44,066 bases of DNA from a phage: NCBI GenBank assembly GCA_029093145.1, contig GCA_029093145.1_4347.1; one strand, given 5' to 3'. How positions within the stretch are numbered: position 1 is the first letter of the stretch; every line of letters begins with the position of its first letter. This document shows positions 17,293 to 25,980 of the stretch, piece by piece. The translations under genes were made by a program, and so were the position numbers. The notes below the pieces were generated by a model. That model did not search any database and was not told the DNA's origin. It saw only the letters and a list, made by a program, of their open reading frames with translations.

Positions 17293-17652
17293 TTGCTCCA
17301 GTTCGCCCGTTGGAACTTCATAACCCGCCACAAACGGCGGGAATTTGACAGTATCGCCGATGGGCATAAAGCCGCGCTAATTGCTATGGGGGTTATGCAA
17401 GACGCGCCGGATGCAACGCAGGCCGCTGGGCCGGAATGCCCCCCTGAGCTACTAACCACATTTGAGAAGTACAGGGAAATTAAATTCACCCGCCGAGTGG
17501 ACGACGACGGCATCAAGATGTACCCGCGCGAGCAATTACGATGGTCAGATTTAGTGGCGTACAGCACCGTTTCAGGCCAGAATATAGGGATGTTCGAATC
17601 CGACATCATCATGAGCTTAGACGCTATTTTCGAGGGTAGAAACGATGGCTGA
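17293..17652 (+). CDS. tail assembly chaperone extension (gpT-like), possible frameshift product
   Basis: Open in -1 frame from 17257, overlapping the end of the gpG-like ORF; classic G/GT arrangement before tape measure. Confidence 0.4.
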   Translation: MLQFARWNFITRHKRREFDSIADGHKAALIAMGVMQDAPDATQAAGPECPPELLTTFEKYREIKFTRRVDDDGIKMYPREQLRWSDLVAYSTVSGQNIGMFESDIIMSLDAIFEGRNDG

Positions 17653-19984
17653 TGTAGCTAGTTTAGTAGTAAAAGTATCAGAGCAAGGCGCGAAAGCTAC
17701 ATCAGACCGTCTTGATAACCTTTCCAAGTCTGCAAAGGTAGCCGGAGCTGCGGTAGCGGGCCTCGCTTCCATCGTCGCCGCTACCGCTTACAAGGCCGCA
17801 CAGGAACTGGTAGAATCCCAACGGCAACTGGACAAGATGTCCGCCAGCCTGAAAACACTAACCGGAAGCACGCAGGGTGCAAGACAGGCGTTAAGCATCC
17901 TGCAAGACTTCGCGCGCGACACTCCGTATGGCCTTGAACAGGCGGTAGAGGGATTCCGTAAACTTGTGGCGCTTGGTCTTACACCGTCAGAAGAAGCGTT
18001 GCGTTCCTACGGAAACACCGCCGCTGCTATGGGTAAAGACCTGAATCAGATGATTGAGGCGGTTGCAGACGCTAGTACTTTTGAATTTGAGCGCCTTAAA
18101 GAATTTGGTATCAAGGCCAAACAGAACAAAAACGATGTTGAATTTACATTCCAGGGTACTACTACGGTAGTTAAGAAGAGCGCTGCCGACATCGAGCAAT
18201 ACCTGCTCAACATCGGTAACGTAAACTTCGCGGGGGCTATGGCGGACCAGGCCAACACACTTAACGGGGCCATCGCCAGTGCCAGCGACTCATGGTCGCA
18301 GTTAAAAATGACACTGGCTACCAGTCTTGATGTTGGTGCGCTCGCCGAACCTATCCGATACATCGATGATTTAATCCAGGAACTTAACGCACAGGTTGCA
18401 TCCGGTGAACTTGCCGCAGAGATGCGTATGTGGGGTGACATCGCGTCGGAAGTAGGAAGCGCGATAGAGATGTCGTTCGACGCGGCATTTGGTTTTGTAG
18501 GTGACGCGATAAATGGACTGAATGAACTTTGGGATTTTAGCAGTAAAAGTATCACCGATAGCGGCGAACAAACGGCGACAACCATCGCGGAATCAGCTGC
18601 CGATGCGCTCGATTTCATCGCGGAAGAATTTACCGCGATGGAGCGCTTCTTTGAAGATATGGTTAAAGGGGCACAGGATGCTGGCCGGTTGGTGAAAGCT
18701 GCCTTCACACCAGGGGAATCTGTAGACGTAGCAAAAAACATTAACTTCCAGCTAGGGATGGCACTGGATACTCAGCGCGATGTTGCGGACCTGACCCGTA
18801 AAAGTTTCCGCGAACAGGTGGAGGCTCAGCAAAATATCGTCGCGCTTAAACGCGCAGCGTATGACATCGACAAAGAAGCCGCTAAGGAAGAAGGGCTTAG
18901 TAAATTTAAGGTAACTGGTGCTGGTGGCGGGTCCGAAGATGATAACGCTGGTGCAAAAGCCGCCAAGAAAGCTGCGGATGCGTTCGAGCGCCAGAAGAAA
19001 GCCGCCGAGGATTTCTACTACCAGTCGATTCATCTCAATGATGACGTATTCCAGAAAATAGAAGCCAACCAGGAACAGCAGTTAACCAAGCTACAAGAGT
19101 TTTACAGCAACCAGCTTCTTAGCGACCAGCAATACGAGAACGCCAAGACGCAGATTATGCTGGAGGCGGACACCGCACGTCAGGAAGAATTGGATAAGCG
19201 CGAGAAAGAACGGCAGGAGAAAAAGCAGAAAGGCGACGACTTCATGGCTCAGATTATGGGCCAGAACGCTACTGAGCTTGAGCTTCTCGACATCCAGGAA
19301 CAGCAGAAACTGGCGGTAGCCGATAAGTACCGTGAGCAGGGTCTTATTAGTGAGAAGCAGTATCAGGCTGCGCTTAATGCCATCAACGAGCAGTACGCCA
19401 CGAAGCGTGCCGACGCAACGGCAACGGCCTTCGGTAACATGGCCTCAAACATCGGTTCGGCTTTGGGCGAGGCTTCTGGCGCGTACAAGGCATTCGCTAT
19501 CGTGCAGGCCACTATAGCCACGTACACCGCGGCTATTGAGGCGTATAAGTCAACAGCGGCTATCCCTGTAGTTGGCCCGTTCCTGGCTCCTGTAGCTGCC
19601 GCTGCTGCCGTTGGGGCGGGTATGGCTCAGGTTTCCGCTATCAGGTCAGCACGTGAACAGGGCGGTCAGTTATCAGCGGGACAGGCTTCCACCATCGCCG
19701 AGCGCGGAAAACCAGAAGTTATCATGCCTGCGGGTGCATCGCGTGTGCGCACCGCGCAGCAGATGAAAGAAATTATGGGGCAAAACGGCGGCAGTACCGG
19801 ACCAGCCAATATCAGCATTATAAATAACACCAGTGCACAAATTGGCAACACCAGCGTTGAACAGGACGAAGAAGGCCGCCTACGTATCATCATCGAAGAA
19901 CAGGTAGCCGCCTCTTTGCAGAATAGCAACAGCAAAATATCGAAAGCGAGGAAGGCTACAAGAAACGCACCGGGCTTTAAGTAG
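17645..19984 (+). CDS. tape measure protein
   Basis: 779 aa, Ala/Gln/Glu-rich, follows chaperone pair. Confidence 0.85.
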   Translation: MADVASLVVKVSEQGAKATSDRLDNLSKSAKVAGAAVAGLASIVAATAYKAAQELVESQRQLDKMSASLKTLTGSTQGARQALSILQDFARDTPYGLEQAVEGFRKLVALGLTPSEEALRSYGNTAAAMGKDLNQMIEAVADASTFEFERLKEFGIKAKQNKNDVEFTFQGTTTVVKKSAADIEQYLLNIGNVNFAGAMADQANTLNGAIASASDSWSQLKMTLATSLDVGALAEPIRYIDDLIQELNAQVASGELAAEMRMWGDIASEVGSAIEMSFDAAFGFVGDAINGLNELWDFSSKSITDSGEQTATTIAESAADALDFIAEEFTAMERFFEDMVKGAQDAGRLVKAAFTPGESVDVAKNINFQLGMALDTQRDVADLTRKSFREQVEAQQNIVALKRAAYDIDKEAAKEEGLSKFKVTGAGGGSEDDNAGAKAAKKAADAFERQKKAAEDFYYQSIHLNDDVFQKIEANQEQQLTKLQEFYSNQLLSDQQYENAKTQIMLEADTARQEELDKREKERQEKKQKGDDFMAQIMGQNATELELLDIQEQQKLAVADKYREQGLISEKQYQAALNAINEQYATKRADATATAFGNMASNIGSALGEASGAYKAFAIVQATIATYTAAIEAYKSTAAIPVVGPFLAPVAAAAAVGAGMAQVSAIRSAREQGGQLSAGQASTIAERGKPEVIMPAGASRVRTAQQMKEIMGQNGGSTGPANISIINNTSAQIGNTSVEQDEEGRLRIIIEEQVAASLQNSNSKISKARKATRNAPGFK

Positions 19985-19987
19985 TAA

Positions 19988-20022
19988 CAAAAAAAAAAAT
20001 AAGGCCCGAAAGGGCCTTATTT
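19988..20022. terminator. bidirectional terminator (A10 / hairpin / T-run)
   Basis: AAAAAAAAAAT-AAGGCCC-GAAA-GGGCCTT-ATTTAT. Confidence 0.7.
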
Positions 20023-20835
20023 ATGCGGAACTTTAGGCTTCACTCCGTCCCTACAAAGGGCCAAAATCTCTGGAATTATCTTAGGGTCTGAGGTTAGCAT
20101 CCACTCCGTGGATCCGTCGAAGCTGCCATAGCCCCACTCATTCGACGCTATTTTGTAAGTGTTATGGAAATACACTTCTAGCATTCGTATTTTTGCGCCG
20201 TTATCGTCGCGATGAATGCCAAGCACTTCGAAACCAAAGGGGGTAGCGTTACGCAGGTGACGTATCCGCTGTTTAGGCCTGTTTGATATCCCTATCTTCA
20301 CGAATCGGCCGCATTCACTAAGTAACGCATAGAGGAACCCAGTTTTATTAGGGTCGTACCCGCTAGAGGCACATCCAGGACATCCTTGATTCTGATGAAT
20401 GATATCTGCTATTCGCTGGCTAAACTCACCATGGATATCGCAAAGCCGCACCGCTTTGCTATACTGATTCTTATACCCTCCTTCGAAGCGCAAGAACTTC
20501 CACTTATCACTCACGGCGTAAATCTGCGAGATGCGTTCCTCCTCTGAGTATGAAGGTCTTCCCGCGCAACTAGGACACCCATGTTCCTTACTAATTGCGT
20601 TAGCTATCAAAGTGTCGAACTCCCCGTGTTCGGGACAGAGCCTACGTACCTTAGAATAGGCGTTTCGATAGCCGTTAGGAAATCCTACAAAACTGTATTG
20701 CGGGGCTACCTTAGCTAGTTCCTCTACTACATTGCTCTCAGGTTTTCGCTGTTTGCTTGATGAAGATTCTTTTCCACACCTAGGGCACCCAATACCTTTT
20801 TTTAATACTAGCGGCCGTTGCCGAGAAAGCCCCAT
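20017..20835 (-). CDS. T5orf172 (GIY-YIG-like) domain protein with tandem zinc-ribbon repeats; homing-endonuclease-like
   Basis: Two repeats Y(R/K)N(A/Q)YSK-(V/A)(R/V)(R/L)C-x2-HGEF ... HGCPxC; C-terminal GFLYALLSECGRFVKIGISNRPKQRIRHL resembles T5orf172; antisense between tail genes. Confidence 0.6.
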   Translation of the reverse strand: MGLSRQRPLVLKKGIGCPRCGKESSSSKQRKPESNVVEELAKVAPQYSFVGFPNGYRNAYSKVRRLCPEHGEFDTLIANAISKEHGCPSCAGRPSYSEEERISQIYAVSDKWKFLRFEGGYKNQYSKAVRLCDIHGEFSQRIADIIHQNQGCPGCASSGYDPNKTGFLYALLSECGRFVKIGISNRPKQRIRHLRNATPFGFEVLGIHRDDNGAKIRMLEVYFHNTYKIASNEWGYGSFDGSTEWMLTSDPKIIPEILALCRDGVKPKVPHK

Positions 20836-21122
20836 GTTCGCGGCAAAATAGGGTTATCTTACTAAACGCACCTGTATACCCCGCACCATCGTCCAACAAC
20901 TCGTATTTACCGCCGTGGTTGGCTAAATCAGCTAATATCCTCTCGCGGCGCTCAGGCTATAGTATTTTCCGGCACATAATCAACCTCAATAAAGAGTATT
21001 AACTAGTATACTATTCAACCATGGGGCCCGGGTCAACATAAACGTCGTGATGTTACGCCCCCTCCATGGTAGCATTGGCTTAAAGTTATTGCGATGGTAT
21101 CCAATCTACCGGGGTTTAAATA

Positions 21123-22529
21123 ATGAGCGACTTATACTTTCCACGTAGCCTTAAGCCGGTGGTATCAAAAGGCTACTCAATGACCAGACGTAACAACGTC
21201 TGGAGTGTCGATTTAGCGGGTGGCGGGGTGCGTCAGGGCCGTGACACGTATTATGATGTGTTCCCAATAAGCGTAACCCTGATTACATCCGCAATGGGGC
21301 GGCAGGCGTTTCTGTCGTTCCTCGAGAAAGTCGATGGTGGCGCGTCAAGTTTCTGGATGGCGCACGACTTCGGCATGGGTATTGAGGATTATCAAGTCAC
21401 CATTACATCCACCGTCGCCGAGTCCACTGAAGACGGCATTAACTGGACGATTACTTTCACGGCAACCGCCGAGAAATCACCGTTCCAGGACCTTGAGAAC
21501 CAGTGCCTGATTAACAATCTGCCAGATTTGTACGGCTGCTATGGTGACTGCCTGGGTAGTTTCCTGAAAATATACGCTAACTATGAGACGACGTTCCCGC
21601 GCATCTGGAGCAATGAAGGGCCTGCAGGATACCCGCCGATTAACCTTCTGGCATCCACGCTTGATAGCCGCATTGTGTATGATGGACCACAGGTTTACTA
21701 CATCAACAGAAACGGTAATCTTGTGCAGTCAGCAACTAATGAATGGCCTCTTACGTTTATTAATGGGGTTGCTGTTGGGCGAGTTCCGCCTGAGGATGAA
21801 TCAACAAATAGTATCTTATATTCTGCAGACTTCAATAATTCATCGTGGAGTAGAACAAGGATAACAGTTGAGAATGACGTTTTATCTTCCCCTCTCATGC
21901 ATAGTCTTGCCGACAAGTTAGTGGCAACATCAGTAAATGGAGCGCACGGATTAACTCAACCAATACTACCAATCGGCTCAAATGAGTACTCTGTTAGCTT
22001 TTTCATTAAAGCTGGTGGTCTGGGGAAATCTCTTGTGCAAATAGGGACATTTTCAAGCCAGACCAACCCTAACCCAGTAACTATTGACCTTATCAGCGGA
22101 GTTATAACGTCAGCCAATGATTTCACAAGATGCGGAATATTACCTATCTCAGATGACTGGTATTTCGTCTGGACATCATCAACAACAACTTCATCACCAA
22201 GCAATATCCGGGCTGCGTGTTTTCTTACCGATCAATCAGGTAATACCACATTTACAGGAAATGATGTGGATGGTATCTATCTATGGGGAGCAAAATTAGA
22301 AAAATCAGAATTTGCCACTTCGCCAATAATAACCAATTCTTCTGCTGTAACCCGCCAAGCGGCATCGGCAAAAGTAGTAATGAACGACGCAATAAGCATC
22401 GACATAACCTATTCCGACGGCTCTGTGGTAAACGTTCAGGCTGTTGACGGTTATGCCGCCATCCCCCAAGCGGATTCTTCGTGGGGCAGTAAATACATCA
22501 CTCGTATCGACTTTAATGTGGGCGGTTAA
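21123..22529 (+). CDS. minor/distal tail protein (putative)
   Basis: 468 aa ORF first after tape measure; ATG with upstream GGGG. Confidence 0.5.
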   Translation: MSDLYFPRSLKPVVSKGYSMTRRNNVWSVDLAGGGVRQGRDTYYDVFPISVTLITSAMGRQAFLSFLEKVDGGASSFWMAHDFGMGIEDYQVTITSTVAESTEDGINWTITFTATAEKSPFQDLENQCLINNLPDLYGCYGDCLGSFLKIYANYETTFPRIWSNEGPAGYPPINLLASTLDSRIVYDGPQVYYINRNGNLVQSATNEWPLTFINGVAVGRVPPEDESTNSILYSADFNNSSWSRTRITVENDVLSSPLMHSLADKLVATSVNGAHGLTQPILPIGSNEYSVSFFIKAGGLGKSLVQIGTFSSQTNPNPVTIDLISGVITSANDFTRCGILPISDDWYFVWTSSTTTSSPSNIRAACFLTDQSGNTTFTGNDVDGIYLWGAKLEKSEFATSPIITNSSAVTRQAASAKVVMNDAISIDITYSDGSVVNVQAVDGYAAIPQADSSWGSKYITRIDFNVGG

Positions 22530-22532
22530 TTT

Positions 22533-23048
22533 ATGAGTCAGGAATCAGTAGAAGCAGCCTATCGCCGTAAGCTGGCCTCAAACCCCGACGGCGAGATGGA
22601 CTACATTACGTTACAAATCAGCCACCCGTTGCTGTCGAAGACGTACTATCTTGTGCGCGGGCTACAGGAACTTACGGCAACACTGGAGACAGGCGAAACT
22701 ATCACATTCGAACCTACCCCGATGGAGGCGTCGGGGGCGGCTAACAACAGTGATATGGACCAGACGACAACATTCACTCTGCCGGATATTCTCAATCAAC
22801 TGGATGATGAGATGGATAAAATCCCGATGAGTAATACCGAGTTACCGAAGTTCATATTCCGCCGTTACGTCAGCACTGACCTGTCTTACCCGGCTGACGG
22901 CCCTGTCGTGTACGAGTTACAGGCCATTAATCAGGAGAAGGGCGAGTTCTCCGCGGATGTTGGTACACCTATGCTGAACCAGCGAAGCACTGGTATACTG
23001 ATGACACCTAAAGAGATACCGTTATTACGCGGCCTGTTGACCACATGA
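22533..23048 (+). CDS. minor tail protein (putative)
   Basis: Position in tail tip module. Confidence 0.45.
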   Translation: MSQESVEAAYRRKLASNPDGEMDYITLQISHPLLSKTYYLVRGLQELTATLETGETITFEPTPMEASGAANNSDMDQTTTFTLPDILNQLDDEMDKIPMSNTELPKFIFRRYVSTDLSYPADGPVVYELQAINQEKGEFSADVGTPMLNQRSTGILMTPKEIPLLRGLLTT

Positions 23049-23410
23049 ATATTAACGACTACACGGGCATACCTTACGACTTTCGCAAGCGCAATTGCTG
23101 GCATCACGTTCGCATTGTACGGGCCGATGCCGGGTTAGAAACCCCGGCGTTCGACGTTACAAGCCCAACGGCGATTAACGAAGCGTTCGACGAAGGCCAT
23201 CGTGACACGAAGGGGCTTACAAAAATTGATAAGCCTGAAAACTTCTGTGCGGTTCTTATGGGGTATCGCCGTGGCGGTCGTATCGTGTGGCACGCGGGAG
23301 TTTACTTCGACGGGATGGTGAGTCATTGCGAGCTTGCGTCCCGTCAGGTACGACTTGACCGGCTGGCGGACCTCAGAGACACGTACACGGAGATTGAATT
23401 TTGGCGATAA
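23045..23410 (+). CDS. tail assembly protein (Cys/His-containing, possibly NlpC/P60-like)
   Basis: Overlapping start; NCWHHV and SHCE motifs; position before large tip protein. Confidence 0.35.
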   Translation: MNINDYTGIPYDFRKRNCWHHVRIVRADAGLETPAFDVTSPTAINEAFDEGHRDTKGLTKIDKPENFCAVLMGYRRGGRIVWHAGVYFDGMVSHCELASRQVRLDRLADLRDTYTEIEFWR

Positions 23411-25968
23411 TCCTGCACTACACGCGAAACGCTGAAGGCGCTTTCGACCGTACAAAACACGTCGGGATGCCGATAGATTTTGTCGTTAACCATATTCCTG
23501 ACGGGGTGCCTGCGCGCGTCTACCTCGGCGAGATTGGCGATGATACTGATGTTACAGACGACTTCAATGCGCTCAAAGACGAGGACGCCGTGTACCACAT
23601 TATCGAGGGTGCAGGCGGTGGTATCGGCGACGCTATCGGTAGTGTATTCAGTTTCATCCTTAAGCCAATTGCCAAATTGTTCGGGCTAAACACAGCAGCT
23701 AACGCTAATTATTCCGCTACCAACAATCAGGCTACGTCGCCTAACAACAGTCTTACCGACCGCTCGAACAAGCCACGTCCTTATGAACGTTCTTATGACA
23801 TCTGCGGGACAGTGCAGACTATACCCAATGACCTGATGCAGACGTATAAGGTGTTTAACGCCACGGGGGCGCTTATTGAATATGCGTACTATGACGCCGG
23901 TCGAGGGTATCTGCATATTGAGGAAGACGGTGTAACTGAGGCAGATACCCGAATCAGCGAGATAACTGGCTCGTCGGTGGCGGTGTATTCCCCTTACACT
24001 TCGCCGAATAACACCAGCACACCACAATTGCATATCGGCGACCCTATAGACCAGAAATTGTACGTTACATTTAAAAACGCCGATGTCGATGGCGCTGTTC
24101 TTCCCGCCCCTAATGATATCGCTATAGACGTGCAGGACTACACTGTCCAGCGGCAGGGAACAACCGGCGTTGTAGTAGGCGATGACGCTGGTTTCGATGA
24201 GTTTTTGGCGGTCGGGGACCTGGCATACTTCGATAACGTATATGCAGATACAACCCCAGGGTCTTTGGGTAATGAGGTTAACCTGGACGGGAGGTACACG
24301 GTTCTTTCTGTTAGTGAAACGACCCTTATTGTGGACGTCAGTACAAATCAATCAATATGGAACCAGCTAGGAACATCTGTATGGTTTATAGGTGAAGAGG
24401 GCAACCATCTTATAGGCCCGGCGGATACTTACGCGGCTTCCCTCTCTGAATGGGCGTACATCACCCGCGGAACCGTCGACCGTGTTGTAGCCAATGTGGC
24501 TGCCAGCAACGGCATGTACAAATACAACGGCGACTATAACCGCGCTTCAGTGACAGTCGAACTGCAATACCAGATGGTAGATGAATTGAAACAGCCTGTA
24601 GGTGACATATTTACCGTACGAGGAACCGTAACAGGCCGGAACACGGATTACACAGGGATTACTCTTTACGGAAGTTTACCAACTGCTTCCAGATTCCGCG
24701 CCCGTATGCGTCGTGTTTCGGACACCGATAAAGATTTTGAAGGTACTGTTAGCGACGAGGTTACTTTCACTAATCTGTATGGGCAGTCGCTGGACACAAC
24801 CCCCCACTACGGCAACCGTACTACCGTACACTGCGCCCGTAAACAAACCCCACGTGCAGCCGAGGTGTCCGAACCGGAACTGCGCATGATTGCAACCGAG
24901 ATGTGCTACAAATACTTAGGTAACGGCGTATTCGATACGGTAATGACACCGAACACTCAGGCCGTGCAGTCGCTAATCAGGCTGGCGCGTGACCCTGTGG
25001 TGGGTAATCTGGAACTGACAACGGCAAATATGGACAAGTTACTTGCCGTGCAGGAAGAAATTGAGTCGTATTTTGACAGTGAATTAGCCGGGCAGTTCTG
25101 CTACACATTCGACGACTACGACACAACCATGCAAGACATCGTTCAGACCATCGCGGAAGCCGTGTTTTGTACGGCATACCGTAAAGGTGCTGATATTATG
25201 CTGCGATTCGACCGTCCTGTTGCGGGGCCTGAGATGGTTTTCACCCACCGCAGCAAAACGACCGGTACGGAGAAATGGACGCGCACGTTCAACGATTCGA
25301 CAACCTACGATAGCCTGTCGTTCTCGTACATTGACCCGGATACAAACGTACAGGAGACGATTTATATCCCGGAAGAACTCGGCGCGAACACCGAGGAGTA
25401 CGAATCGAAGGGTGTACGTAACTATCAGCAAGCGTACTGGCTGGCGTGGCGTCGCTACCAGCGCAACACGTTAAGTAAAGTTGTCGTAGAGTTCGAAGCT
25501 ACCGAAGAAGGCGCTCTCGCTACTCCCGGCGGCGTAATCAGTGTGGTTAAAGGCTCGCGTATCGCGCCGCAGGATGGTTATGTTGTTGCCGTCAATGGCC
25601 TTACGCTGACGCTGTCTCAGCCTGTTACGTTTACTCCTGGTGATGACCATTCCATCATTCTTAAGAAGCGCGACGGCTCTGTGCAGAGTATTTCTGTTAT
25701 CAAAGGAAGCCACGACCGCGAAGTGATTATGCTCTCCGCGCCGGAGGAGGCAATCTACACGGGGAATAGTGCGCTAAAAACTGAGTTTTCATTCGGCAAC
25801 GAAGCAAGGCATAATGCTCAGAAGATAGTTGTTTCTTCAATCGACCCCGGCGACGACCGCACGGTCAAGATTACGGGCTACAACTATGATGACGGATTCT
25901 ATAAATACGACGGCGTCGCGCCATACGGCAGCGGTTTCTCCGACGGATTCAGCAATGGTTTTAATTAA
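23401..25968 (+). CDS. tail tip / central fibre protein (J-like, putative)
   Basis: 855 aa ORF in distal tail module; start codon uncertain (TTG 23401 or downstream ATG). Confidence 0.55.
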   Translation: MAIILHYTRNAEGAFDRTKHVGMPIDFVVNHIPDGVPARVYLGEIGDDTDVTDDFNALKDEDAVYHIIEGAGGGIGDAIGSVFSFILKPIAKLFGLNTAANANYSATNNQATSPNNSLTDRSNKPRPYERSYDICGTVQTIPNDLMQTYKVFNATGALIEYAYYDAGRGYLHIEEDGVTEADTRISEITGSSVAVYSPYTSPNNTSTPQLHIGDPIDQKLYVTFKNADVDGAVLPAPNDIAIDVQDYTVQRQGTTGVVVGDDAGFDEFLAVGDLAYFDNVYADTTPGSLGNEVNLDGRYTVLSVSETTLIVDVSTNQSIWNQLGTSVWFIGEEGNHLIGPADTYAASLSEWAYITRGTVDRVVANVAASNGMYKYNGDYNRASVTVELQYQMVDELKQPVGDIFTVRGTVTGRNTDYTGITLYGSLPTASRFRARMRRVSDTDKDFEGTVSDEVTFTNLYGQSLDTTPHYGNRTTVHCARKQTPRAAEVSEPELRMIATEMCYKYLGNGVFDTVMTPNTQAVQSLIRLARDPVVGNLELTTANMDKLLAVQEEIESYFDSELAGQFCYTFDDYDTTMQDIVQTIAEAVFCTAYRKGADIMLRFDRPVAGPEMVFTHRSKTTGTEKWTRTFNDSTTYDSLSFSYIDPDTNVQETIYIPEELGANTEEYESKGVRNYQQAYWLAWRRYQRNTLSKVVVEFEATEEGALATPGGVISVVKGSRIAPQDGYVVAVNGLTLTLSQPVTFTPGDDHSIILKKRDGSVQSISVIKGSHDREVIMLSAPEEAIYTGNSALKTEFSFGNEARHNAQKIVVSSIDPGDDRTVKITGYNYDDGFYKYDGVAPYGSGFSDGFSNGFN

Positions 25969-25980
25969 AGAGGACTCTAT

